Assembly: GCA_951406725.2 (NCBI GenBank)
Contig: OX597814.1
Location: forward strand, 8,370,001-8,434,000
From: Octopus vulgaris
Lineage: Eukaryota
Direction: 5' to 3'
Length of the DNA stretch: 64,000 nucleotides
The notes below the pieces were generated by a model, which had not been told where the DNA came from, made no database searches, and saw only the letters and a program-made list of their open reading frames with translations. Numbering within the stretch: position 1 is the stretch's first letter; each line of letters opens with the position of its first letter. The position numbers were made by a program, and so were the translations under genes. Positions 1 through 12,232 of the stretch are shown here, in pieces.

Positions 1-930
1 AAAAAAGGAAAATATGGACGAAGATGAAAGGCATGAATTACCTTCCAGATAGGAGAGTTTAAGACAGAAGGGAAGATATGGACGGAGATCAAAGGCAGAA
101 TTACCTTCCAGATATGAGAAACAGAGTTTAAGACAGAAGGGAAAATATGGACGAAGATGAAAGGCAGATTTATCTTCCAGATAGGAGAGTTTAAGACAGA
201 AGGGAAGATATGGACGGAGATCAAAGGCAGAATTACCTTCCAGATATGAGAAACAGAGTTTAAGACAGAAGGGAAAATATGGACGAAGATGAAAGGCAGA
301 TTTATCTTCCAGATAGGAGAGTTTAAGACAGAAGGAAAGATATGGACGGAGATCAAAGGCAGAATTACCTTCCAGATATGAGAAACAGAGTTTAAGACAA
401 GAAAGGGAAAATATGGACGAAGATGAAAGGCAGATTTATCTTCCAGATATGAGAAACAGAGTTCAAGAAAGAAGAGAAAACATGGACGGAGATTAAAAGG
501 CAGAATTACCTTCCAAATATGAAAAATAGAGTTCGAAAAAAGGAAAATATGGACAAACATAAAGGCGGATATATTGAAGATTTGAAAAACAGAGTTTAAA
601 GAAGAAGGCAAAATATTGACGAAGATGTAAAAGAAGCGGATATATTTTATGACAGACAAAGCTGAAATAAGAAGATAGACTATATAGTAAAAGAACAACA
701 AAATTCTCAATTATGATTGATGAGATGAATGTAGCATGCCCCATGTAGTATGCACATATATTTCCGCGCAAAGCATTCAACTGCTGCCATAAAGGCAAGG
801 TTTCCTTGCCGAATCTACAAGAATACCCTGACGAGTTAAAACAAATTTTGAAGGAATGAACTTCAGACAGAAAATCCAGAACCTATAACTCAATGTATTC
901 AAGTGTCTCATTTAAGATGCCAATGTTATA
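1..930 (+). pseudogene. Decayed Helitron Rep/Hel N-terminal fragment with 23-aa (STPR-like) tandem repeats
   Basis: Alternating 69/63-nt units (132-nt period) read MDGDQRQNYLPDMRNRV*DRRENMDEDERQIYLPD. Followed by NCCHKGKVSLPNLQEYPDELKQIL...FRQKIQN/YNSMYSSVSF, the Helitron CCxxGKVxLP/FRxNIRxYNS signature. In-frame stops present. Confidence 0.65.
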
Positions 931-963
931 TCACCCCCTGTTTGTGGCCATTTCGCAATATAC

Positions 964-1175
964 TTTTCTACTATAGGCACAAATCCTGTAATTTTTGGGG
1001 CAAGTGGGCCAGTCAATTAGATCAACCCCAGTATGCAACTGGTGTGCTTAATTTATCAACCCCAAATGGATGAAAGGCAAAGTTGACCTTGGCAGAAGTT
1101 GAACTTAGAACGTAAAGTCAGTCGAAATACCGCTAAGCATTTTGCCCAGCTTGATAACTATTCTGCGACCTCCCC
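964..1175 (-). mobile_element. tRNA-derived SINE with Meta-domain-like core, decayed
   Basis: Homologous to the copy at 37913-38140 (gatcaaccccagt...ggatgaaaggcaaagttgaccttggcagaagttgaact). Confidence 0.7.
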
Positions 1176-1326
1176 CCATTTAACTGTCACAATATAGAAA
1201 CATTTTTCATGGCACCAACACACAATTTACAGCTGCTTACATTTTTTATGATTTCCGTGAATTTTTCATGGGTGCAGCTAGTCATATCTTGATATATTTT
1301 AAGTTATTATAAATATATGTTATATA

Positions 1327-3493
1327 TGAGGTGAGACCCAAAAGAAACCAGATTAACGCAATATTAATTTATTCACTTAGTTTTAAATGTTTACACTTTT
1401 ATCATTTTCAAAATATTCTCCATTTGAAACAATGCACCAGTCCAGGCACGTTTTCCATTATCCGAAGCAGTGCTGGAACTCTTGCAAAGTGATGCCATTT
1501 AATGCCTCTGTCACTTTTGCTTCACCTCTTCCACATCTGCAAATTCCATAGCACCAAACTTTCATCACCAGTGATGACCTTTGAAAAAAAGGTCCATATC
1601 AACTTTCAACTGTTCTTTCAATTCATGACATGCATTCAGTTGTGACTGCTTCTTATCTTCCGTGAGCAAGCAACACACAAATTTTGCTGCAACTCTTTCC
1701 ATTCGCAATTCCTCACTCAAAATTTGTTGGCCGAAGCTCTAGGACATACCAGTTATATCAACAAGTTCATAAATTGTTCAATGACAGTCTAAGATCATTT
1801 CATGAAGTTTCATGATGTTTTCATTCGTTCGGGATGTCGATAGTCGTCCTCAATGAGGTCGGTCTTCAAGCAACAAGTAATCATTCTTAAAGTGTGGAAA
1901 TCACTCATAAATTTGTGCTTTGCTGATGGCAGCCTCCTTGCAATATATCTGAAGCAAGACAACTGTTTCAGCTGCCGTTTTCTGTAGCAAAAAGCAGAAT
2001 TTCGTGGAAGCATGTTGTTCTTTCATTTCAGTCATCAGAGAAATCAATGAACAAGGGAGAGAGCACTGAAAAACAAATACATACAGGGATTGGACAAAAT
2101 AATGGAACACCTTAAAATTTCGAACAAATTTATTTTAATATGGGGTAGGACTGCCTTTGGCAGTAATTACAGCTTGAGGTATGGACTCGTACAAAGTTTG
2201 AATTGTTTACAAAGGAATTCTTGTCCATTCTTCAACTAAAACAGTCTCCAGTTTTCGTAGTGACGACGGTGGGGAATATCGACTCCTTACTTGTTTTCCT
2301 AAAATGCACCATAAATGTTCAACAATATTGAGATCTGGGAACTGTGGTGGCCAGATAAGATGTTCAACTTCACTAGAATGTTCCTTGTGTCATTCAGTAA
2401 CAACTTTAGCTGTGTGAATAGGTGCATTATCATCCTGAAAGATTGCATCTCCCTCTGGAAACAGTTCTGCAACTATAGGACAAATTTTATCAGATAGAAT
2501 GCTTAAATAATCTTGACTATTAATTCTACCATGAAGGGAAACCTTTGGACCAGCAGATTTCCAAGATATAGGACCCCACCCCACCCCAGATCATCACAGA
2601 TCCTCCTCCATGTTTAACAGTTGGAAGAGGCAGTCTGGGTCAAATGCTTCTTTTGACTGTCTCTGCATGTATACTTGGATGGTGGTCGGAAATAAGGTAA
2701 GGGTAACTCGTCTGAGAAAATAACATCCTTCCACTGCTCTAGGGACCAAATCTGGATTTTTACTCCATTCTAAATGCTTTGCAACGTTTGTTTTTTTGAA
2801 AGTAGTGGTTTTCTGACTGTAGTGCCCCTGTGAAATCCAACTTTGTGCAGCTCCCAGCAAACAGTTTTGTGGAAACTAGGTTCTTGAGGTGTTTATTAAG
2901 CTCTGGAGTAATTTTGGGAGCTGTACATTTGTGTTCCTTTCTAACAATTCATGTAAAAGTTTGATGGTCCCTATCTGAAAGTTTTGGTTTTCTTCTGGAG
3001 TTTTGTTTCAACAGGGAGGTTTTCCCTCTTTGTCAAAAGCTGTCATTACTTTTGAGACAGTACTTCTTCATACACCAAACATTTCGGCTGTTTTTGTTAC
3101 TCTAGTGCCTACCATACTAGCACCAACAATTTGACCTCTTTGAAAGTCCAATAAATGTGTCATTTTAATGAATTTTAATTATCTTTTTCTGATTAATTAT
3201 CTGAAAAGAAACAGCTTTTTCAGTGAAACATATTAAGATACTAAATAATAAAAAAAACATAAAAGTACACAAGCTTTTGATGGCTTTATAAATATTTCAA
3301 AAGAATTAGGATGCAAGATGTTTCCATTATTTTGTCCAATCCCTGTACCATGTGGCAGTACAAAAACAGCTGATGTCACCGGTTGGCAGACTGATGACTG
3401 AGGGTTGCATCAAGTGCCTTCAGCAGTGGTAGACTGAACTAAAACGGACTTGTCCTATAGAGAACATTTCATATTACTTTTGAGTACCTCTTC
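1327..3493 (-). mobile_element. Decayed mariner transposon interrupted by a Tc1 insertion
   Basis: Minus-strand transposase N-terminus MTEMKEQHASTKFCFLLQKTAAETVVLLQ near 2035 and C-terminus WKTCLDWCIVSNGEYFEN near 1400-1460. Imperfect tatgag/tatgaa-type ends. The 5' portion resumes at 3348. Confidence 0.7.
2084..3345 (-). mobile_element. Tc1-like DNA transposon, full length, defective
   Basis: TIRs cagggattggacaaaataatggaa(c/a)ca at both ends with TA duplications. Transposase remnants FQDDNAPIHTAKVV and WPPQFPDLNIVEHLW on the minus strand. Confidence 0.9.
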
Positions 3494-3612
3494 ATATTAC
3501 TTGTATATATATGTATATATATATATATAGCCATACATACATATATACAAGTAATACGTGTGCATCGTTGGTGATTTTCTTCCTCTGTCTTCCATTCTTT
3601 GGACTGTTCTCT

Positions 3613-3647
3613 ATTTCTGATGAAGAGCTTTGCTCAAAACATAAAAT
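3613..3647 (+). ncRNA. Decayed minimal type I hammerhead motif in a PLE-like terminal repeat
   Basis: attt-CTGATGA-a-gagc-ttt-gctc-AAAAcata-aaat. Two CpG-type decays from cGAAACGTA would restore the core and the palindromic stem III. Confidence 0.5.
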
Positions 3648-4029
3648 CCTCTTTCCTTCCTTTCTTGAGAATCTGATAATACAATACTTGTACCATGTCT
3701 TCACGTTGTTGTTTTTTCTTGTTTGTTCTTCTTTGTTTGGATGCACTCCATACCTACTGACACACCTACATACATAAATACATACAGACACACAAATATA
3801 CATAGACATACACAGATACACACATACATATGTACCTACACATATAGTACAAAATTATAAATAACATGAAGGTGAGGTAAAGAAAAGAAAAGAAATATAA
3901 AAGGGAAAATAGAAATAAAAGTCTTATATTTTGAACATACACTCTTTTACAGAAGAAAAAACCCAGAATGGATGAAAAAATTGAGACAAAAAAAACTGTT
4001 TTAATTGGACTGTCACTGTAAGCTGAAAT

Positions 4030-5195
4030 GACAAGAGGAGGAAGAGGTTGCTAGAGGTGTGAGTGGCAAGAGGGGATAACTGTGAACCTATTATCTATGG
4101 GTGTGTGAGCATGCACATTGGTGCATGAGATGAATGTGTGTGTGTGTATAAGATGTGTATTTGTGTGTCTGTATAAGTGTGTGTGTCCTTGTTTTCTGCT
4201 TATGTGTATGAAGCTATTATGTAGCATGTATATCTTGTATGTGTGCATATGTGTGTGTGAAACTGGATAGACGTGTTTGGTGGAAGAGGGGTGAGGAAAG
4301 TGGTAGGTATTGGGAAGTGTATGTTATGATATAGTTGTTATAAGTGTGAGGATGGGTAGCATAAGGGGTGGGTGGGTGCCAGTGTGGGTGAAGGAGGAGG
4401 AGGAGTGTGTGCATGTAGATGTGTGTACATGATGTTTGAATGTGTTGGTGGGTGTGTGGTGTTGGATAATGAGTTCAATGGTGTAGAGTAGGTGTGTGTG
4501 TGTGGGTGGGTAGATGCTGAGGGGACACTGGGAATGTAAAAGGTAGATGGTGTGTGTGTGTGTGTGTGAAAAGAGGGTTTTAAATGAAAAGGGAATTTAG
4601 ACTGTGAGAGACTTGACTACAGAGAGGGAGAATTATTTCCTGTTCCCTATGGAGACAGGAGTCTCGGTAGCCTCTGTGCAAAGCCAATCTGAACACGGAC
4701 AGACGTTGCAGGGAATGACCAATGAAGTAGTAATGGTACAAGACCAAGGTGTCATTACAGAGCCTGATGATGTGAAGGTGTTCATCAAACAGTCATCCAG
4801 GCAGCAACCAGTCTGTCCAATGTATGGGGAATGGCAAAGGGAGAAGAGGATGCAGTAAATCAGATTACTGGAGGTGCAAGAGAAGGAGTCGATGACATGG
4901 AAGAAGCAATCGTGGGCACCAGTGAAGATGGAGCTAGAGAAGAAGGGACATACATTGCAGTGTAGGGAAGAACAAGGAAGGAATTCAGGCTGAGTGATTT
5001 GAGAGAAGAAAGAGGTACAGACCTGTGTGTCATGTAGGTTGTGTGTGCATTTGAAGGGAAGGGATGTTTTCCAAACCTGAACAACAGTATTTCTTGAATT
5101 GCAGTTAAGTGCAGTTCAGGACTCGGCAAACATTTGCAGTTGATAATGGTAGGAGAGTTTACATTGTTCTTACATTGACTCTGCGAGTATTCCAG
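4030..5195 (-). mobile_element. Penelope-like element 3' fragment (GIY-YIG endonuclease remnant plus CA-rich tail)
   Basis: Minus-strand translation near 4900-4790 gives DSFSCTSSNLIYCILFSLCHSPYIGQTG, a PLE GIY-YIG motif. Confidence 0.7.
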
Positions 5196-5204
5196 TCAAT
5201 AACT

Positions 5205-6600
5205 TCTACATAAGTGGTGAACAGGATATCAGCCTGTAATTGTCTACCATATTGCCTTTTTCGAGGTTTTTCAGGCACAGCACTGTCCTACCCAATGTCA
5301 ACGACTCTGGTGTTCCTTGGTCGGCAGCTATTCGTGCATGACATTCACCAAATCTTTTGATCCAGTAGCCTTGAACTCCATCTGGTCCCGGGGCCTTCCA
5401 GTTGCTCATATTTTTGCTGATTTCCTTCTCTTCCCTAACTGAAATGGCAAGTTCTGCCTGTTTTCGACAGACTACTGTTTGTTTCAGTTCTTCCAACCAT
5501 TCAGCATTCTTCTTGTGCTCCTTGTCTTTGCTCCAGATGTCACTCCAAAACCTTTCACTTTCAATGTTATCTGGTATCAACATTTCATCTGTACACTCTC
5601 CATTTATTTCTTTATAGAATCTCTTCTGATCTACTCTGAATAACATATTCTGTTGGTAACCCTTCATTCTTTGGTCGTATCTTACCCTCTTTGCTTTCTT
5701 GGCAATGAGGTGCTGTTTCAGTTCCTCCACTACTACTTTCAGGCCCTTTCTTTCAATATTATACTTCCTTTTCAGCGCCCTCTATTTTTTTGTTTGCATT
5801 TAAGCTCCCCTTTCTCTTTTCGGTCTAACACAGAAATTTCCTACGAGAGCATGCCTAACCCTGCCAGGATCTTTCTTTCCACCATGGATCTTTTCTTTTG
5901 TCACTCCCATTGTGTTTCTTTTTCTGGTCATGATATTGGTACCCACATTTTCTGCTGCAACAATGCTTGCTGCCTTGATCAAATTATTTGTTTCTGTGAT
6001 GTTGTTTGTTCTGATGTATTTCAGAATTTCATTGACATTTTTCGTTTCTTGGTTCAATTCCCATCAATCAGCCTTTTTAAGATTGCAAATAGTGTCGTTA
6101 TTGTTCCCCTGTAGTCTTGCCTTTATTCTGGCATAGATTGCCTTTTGTTCGTCTGTCATGCTGCCATTAGTTTTATTGTCTTCTTTTAGATCATCTATAT
6201 GTCTCTCATCAAGTTAACTACCATTGCTCCTCTCTTGTGCTATGGGATTACTTTTATCAGTAAGAACTCTATTTTCATCGTTTCCTCTTCTGCTGTTTTC
6301 TAAGACACGTCTTTTGATTGCTTGAGCTCTACTGTGAACCAACGATATTTTCTTATTGCTCTAGCTTAATCACATAGTCTCTGTTCCGTGAGTTGAAACA
6401 ATCCCTTTTCTCTCCAATGATCATACATACATTGTCAGTAACCCCTATTTGAGCACCATTTTCATCTACCTGGCTGCTAAGGTAGTAATTTGCTTGCTCT
6501 ATCTATGCCGTGTGTGGTGGTCCCTTTCTGGATATCGATAGACTGGAGCCAGACCAGAATCTCTGAGCCTGCCGGGTGTAACACTGTCACCATCAAGGGC
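5205..6600 (-). mobile_element. R4/Dong-clade non-LTR retrotransposon fragment (N-terminus to early RT)
   Basis: RRYDQR..YQQNMLFRVDQKRFY, NWKAPGPDGVQGYWIK and DNYRLISC. Frameshifted. Lies near a (TAA)n tract at 6768-6797. Confidence 0.75.
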
Positions 6601-6763
6601 TTCAATTTCATTACCACCGTTATTCACAATATCTTGCTTTTTCCTTGCCACTCATATGAGGTAGCGATTATCAGGTTGTGCAATTATTACCAGTGTTTTT
6701 ATTGTGACACCATCACTAGATATATCATTATTAATCAGCCCATAAGGCTCCACCTGTTTCTTT

Positions 6764-6797
<34 letters not shown>

Positions 6798-7299
6798 CAC
6801 TGATATTGTTTTTATGTGTAGTAGTAGCAGTGTTTGCAGCAACAGTAGCAGGGGTAGGGTAGTGGTAAGGGTGGTAGTTGGGCCTGATTCCTGTGCTATC
6901 ATAGTAGTAGTTGTAGTATTAGTAGTATTTAGTATCAGCAGCTGCAGCATATTATTATTATTTAAATTTTTATTATTATCACCATTACCACTGCTACCAT
7001 TGTTTGAGGAACTAGTTGGGTATCAGTATGGTAAATAGATCATATTCTACAGGTTTATAAATAGATTCGGCAGATGATGGGGAGGTCAGCCATAGAAAGC
7101 TATTTTCAAACCCTTTGGGTCAGCAGAGGTCAAATGTGTTTTCTACTACCAGTGCCCACTAACCACTGAGAGCGCTGCCTTGAAAAGCAAACCAACCTGT
7201 TCTATTTGTAATTACTGATAGAAAAAACGATAATATATATATATGCATATATACATACATATATGTACATACGTACATGTATATGTATATATACATGCA

Positions 7300-7720
7300 T
7301 ATATGGGTACAGGACATCAAAAAAACATTGAACACAATGAGAAACAAAAACATAGAAACGAACTTATTTTCAAACAATGAAAAATAAAGAGAAGCAAGAC
7401 ATACAACACAAGGAATATTCCCCTTCTTCAGTTGTCCCTGTTTCATCTACTTTGCATTTTGAGGGTAAGGACAAGATGCGACTTCGTTGAAACAGTCCTT
7501 CCCGCAAAGCAAATTAAATAAAATTTGGGATTTTTTACGGAGGGTGAAAGTGGTATCAAGAACAGGACAGCAAGAACAAAACAGTAAATACAATAAAAAA
7601 ATTTTTTTAAATAAAAACAGTAAAAGACAGAACAATGAGAACAAAACAGTAAAATCAAACGATGTGGGCTCTTAAGCCAAGATGATGGAAAAATTATTCT
7701 AAACGTTTAAGGAGGCAGCT
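7300..7720 (-). mobile_element. Non-coding retroelement terminal repeat (copy 1) carrying a permuted hammerhead motif
   Basis: Homologous to 21450-21905; both begin atatgggtacaggaca after a (TATG/TA)n tract on the + strand. Confidence 0.65.
7420..7482 (-). ncRNA. Non-circularly permuted hammerhead motif, probably inactivated copy
   Basis: gtcgcATC-ttgtcctta-ccctc-AAAatgcaa-agtagatgaaa-cagggacaa-CTGAAGA-agggg. Stems are preserved by compensatory changes, but GAAA has become AAAA. Confidence 0.6.
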
Positions 7721-7768
7721 TATATATGTATATATATATACACACGTATGCACACACACACAAATATA

Positions 7769-9010
7769 TTGGGTTGGCTAAAAAGTCCGTTCGTTTTTTT
7801 TAGTATCAACTGTCTGGTCTTCTAATCCCTGTTCTGATATTCTTTTTCTTTAGAAACTGTATTTGGTATAACGACCAAGGTTACATCAGTGTGTAACAAG
7901 CCTCAAAGGAGAAAGATTGCAACTTGTTTGATTGCATTTGAGCCAAGACATGGAAGACCGGGCGGAGCACTATCAGCATCTTATGCTTTTTTACTTCAGA
8001 AAAGGAAAGAAAGCAACAGAAACTTGCCAAAAGTTATGCAATGTGTATGCAGAGAATGCTGGTTTGCTCGATTTCAATCAGGGAATTTTTCAGTAAGAGA
8101 TGCATCTTGCTCTGGCCGGCGAAAAGAGATTGACATCGACCAACTGAGAGCTGTAGCCAAAGAAGACTGCAGTCTTACGACCAGACAAATTGCAGATATT
8201 CTTAACATATCCAAAACAAGTGTAGAAAATGAATTGCATAAACTTGGTTACATTTCTATACTTGATGTTTGGGTTCCCCATAAATTGACAGAAGCAAATC
8301 TTGTCCAGTGGGTTTCCATTTGCGATTCATTACTGAAAAGGGAAAACAACGAACCCTTTTTGAGAAGAATTGTTATTGGATATGAAACGTGGGTAGTTTA
8401 CAATAATGTGAAACGAAGAAGATCATGGAAAAAAGCAGGGGATTTTCCAAAACAAACACCCAAAGCAAATCTTCACCCAAAGAAAGTTCTGTTATCGATA
8501 TGGTGGGATTGGAAGGGTGTTATCTTTTAAACTTCTTCCCTTGGATAAAACCATCAATTCAGAAGTTTATTGTGAACAACTGGATAAATTAAACATGGTT
8601 CTTCATCAAAAATGGTCAGAACTGGTGAATCACAAAGGCGTTGTTTTCCACCATGACAACGCAAGGCCACACACTGTTTTGATTACTCGGCAGAAGTTGC
8701 TGCAGCTTGAGTGGGAAGTTTTGCCTCACCCTCCGTACTATCCAGAACTGACCCCATCAAATTTCCATCTGTTTCGTTCACTGCAAAATTCATTGAATTC
8801 TAATGAAGGTGTGAAAACTTTCTTGGAAATTTTTTTTGCTAATAAAGAACCTAAATTCTTCGAACAGGGGATTAAAGATCTACCCAACAGGTGGCGAAAG
8901 GTTATAGAAGCAAATGGTAACTATTGTATTGATTAAATACAGTTTTCACAATTGTTTACTTTCTTTTGATTTTCACCTAAAAAAACCAACGGACCTTTCG
9001 TCCAACCCAA
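7769..9010 (+). mobile_element. Mariner transposon, full length, defective
   Basis: TIRs ttgggttggctaaaaagtccgttcgtttttt and aaaaaaccaacggacctttcgtccaacccaa with TA on both sides. WVPHKL, HHDNARPH and YYPELTPSNFHLF motifs. Frameshifts and mutated catalytic aspartates. Confidence 0.92.
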
Positions 9011-9599
9011 TATATATATATACACACACACATATATACTGATATTCACAATGTTGAAGTTTTGAATTTCTGAATTCAGTTGTGTTGTTGCAATAAAAGG
9101 TGCATTTATGTATTTGGGTAATACATTAAAGTTTTTAAGTTTTCTTGAGATGTTCGTTTGTCTGTCCATTTGGAGAATACAGTAGGACTTTTGCAAAGAA
9201 AAGGATGTTTACATTTTCGAATACTCAGGGAGAGTCAAAAATAAAGGGAAACAAGTTGTAGATAGTAAAATTTTAGGGTTATTATTATTATTGTTGTTGT
9301 TGTTATTATTATCTTATTTATGTGCATATGTGTGTTAATATAATTGAAAAACAACATAACCATTAGATTTGTATAATCAATGCTTTCGCTACAGTTAGTG
9401 GTAAGCAGATCAATTTATTCGAATCAAGGATTTGATTTAGAAAAAAAAGACAATAGAGTTCATCCCTAGACTTATTGACAAGAAAATGGGAAAGCAGGGA
9501 ATGACCAAAAGTGAGAAAGGAGTACCACTGTTGAATAGGTTTACAACAAAAAGGTACCCTCCACCAAATATTCACCAAGCAAACTTTGAAGATGAGTCA

Positions 9600-11830
9600 T
9601 GGAAAATACTAAAGAATGTTAAATCTTAAAAATACCCCCCACCCCCGAGGAAATATGCATTTGAGAAAGAGTAAAACAATAATCTTGGAACTTAAGAGAA
9701 ATGATGGTATTATTGTACATATGAACAAGACTAGGAATATCTGAAATATATATTAGTATCATGAACTATTAAAAAAAGGAAATTACTAGCAGTTACATAA
9801 TAAAAATATATTGAGAACTATTAACCTAATATCTATACAGATAATGACCGATTACAAATTGGATGATAGGACTAAACCTTTTGTTCCAAAGAAACCTAGG
9901 ATTATGCTAAAAGACCATAAGGAGAATTTCTACGACAACCTAAAATATGATGAATTTGCCCAAGTAAATCAGACTTAGGTAGGCTAAACTACGCCATTAT
10001 AGATAGGTATATACCTGCAGTTAAGAACACAATAAAATTAAAGCTTTGGTCTATATGTAAAACGTAACTGATTGGTTTAATGGAATTGATAATAAAAAGA
10101 AGAAATTTTTACAAATTCATACAGATAATTATTATTCTTCTATTAACCATATATTATTAAATAAGGCTCTTTTGTTTGTGAGAAATATTCTAAACTAACT
10201 ATGGAAGAAATTAACATAATTTTAGCTGTCAGGAAAATAGTTATTGAATTTCACAACAAATATTGAATTTAAAAAGTCAATAATGATGGCTTTCATATAA
10301 CAATGGGGTCTGAGGAGTTTGCACAATTCACTGATCTAGTAGGTATATATATTCTATTTAATTTAAGTAGAGATTTTTCTGAACTTAGGGGAGGTTTGTA
10401 AGGGGATGATACACCTTTTACTCTTAGAAACTTTTCTAATAGAAAATTGCAATTGTATAAGAAGAAATTTATAGATTTTTAAAAAGCTTAGGACTCTCAA
10501 AACTATCGAAAATGAGCATGAGTCAGTAAATTTTTAGATGTTAACCTTAACGTCATTATTGGCAACCACAAACCATTACATAAATCTAACACCAACCTTA
10601 GATATACAAATATTGGAAGTAATCATCCTAGATCTATCACAAATTCTTTGATTTACAATGTATCTAGAAGAATCTGAACTTTATGGCCAAATGAGAAGAT
10701 TTTCAACAAAAATGTGGACTTTTACAACATGGCACTTGGGAGGGTAGGACATAAGCAGAAGTTACAAATATTGTGTACCTAGCATAAACTCCAGTAATAT
10801 GCATAATTTAAATATAATTGATAATAACAGAAAATTAAAAGCATTTGAATAAAATAGAAATAAGGGTAAGAATAAAATTAAATATATACTAAATAACAAT
10901 GATATTCTAAATATGAAAAACGATTCATTGCTTAATTCTTCTAACAATATCTATAAAAGTAAAAATGATATTAAATGACATACCCCATATATAAATAAAA
11001 TTGATAAACAGTTACATAGTTATAATAAAACTTATAATAAGCGTAATATTATTTGGTTAATTATTCCATTTGCCAAATAAATTAAGAGTAACTTAGTTAA
11101 ATCTCTTTATAAACTATTTACAAATCACTTTTCTAAGGAAATGAAGTATTACGACATAATTAACCCCAACAGGCTCTGTGTTGGATATTATGTCTCGACC
11201 AAGGTTTCCCAGATTATATTTTCACATAACAATAAACAGTTAACTAATTTCCATAATAGTACAGTTAGATTTAGTAATGATGCATTACTTGACAACAAAA
11301 ATAATTCTGATTATAGTGAATATACAAAAAAAGAAATCTTCTAAAATATGAAGGGAAACAATGAAGGTTGTATCCTATTGTAACCAGAGTATTAAAGCTT
11401 TGAGCAATGATAATACTGATTGCAAGTCTATAAGAGCAAATAAAAATAAAAATATGTATTGTGACTGCAAATTTAAGGATAACTGTTTGTTTAAAAATTG
11501 TTACAAATAAAAATAATGTGGTATATAGAAGTAAAGTGGAAGCTGAGGGTAAAAACTATTTTTACATAGAATCTATGGAAAATTACATAAAAATGCATAT
11601 TACAAACCATGAGAGCACAATTTGAAACAGAAGTAAATTATCTTATACGAGTCTAAAGAAGTCTATTTGGGAATTAAAGGACAATAATAAAAACTATAAC
11701 CTAAAGTGGGAAATCATAAGACATGCTAAATCCTATAAAACTGGAAATTTTCATTGCAATTTTTGTATTGATAAACTTTTTCAAATTTTAACTTCTACAC
11801 ATAAACATCTTAGCATATCATACTCTCACT
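9600..11830 (+). mobile_element. Highly decayed Penelope-like element (Naiad-like RT plus GIY-YIG)
   Basis: Remnants TMGSEEFAQFTDLVGIYIL, FLDVNLN, CDCKFKDNC, NNVVYRSKV, SIWELKDNNKNYNLKWEII and CNFCI. Many stops. Confidence 0.65.
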
Positions 11831-12232
11831 AGTAATAATGAAATTTTAAGAATAGATTAATTTACTTACTGCTAACTGTATTGAAAGCATTATCTATATA
11901 AATCTAATGATTATGTTGTTTTTTAAATATATTAAAAGACATGCACACAAATATGATAAAAATAATAATTGTAAAAGAAAATGCATCTACACAAGTAACG
12001 ATTATTTAAAAGAAAATTAACATGTTCATGCATACATACACGATGAGCTTCTTTCAGTTTCTATCAACGAAATCTACTCCCAAGGCTTTGGCCAACCACA
12101 GACCTATAACAGAAGACACTTGTCCAAAATGCTGTGAGTGGAATTGAACCTGAAACCATGTGATCAAGCAAGCTTCTCAACCACCTATGTATCTAAAAGG
12201 AAACATTACCTATAAAAAATGGTATTACTAAC

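Noticed and set aside
6490-7038. 182-aa hydrophobic ORF
   Set aside because: Built from (ATT)n/(GTA)n low-complexity sequence and the antisense of a LINE end.
7889-8936. Active or domesticated (SETMAR-like) mariner transposase
   Set aside because: Frameshifted, catalytic aspartates mutated, enclosed by TIRs and antisense to the host gene.
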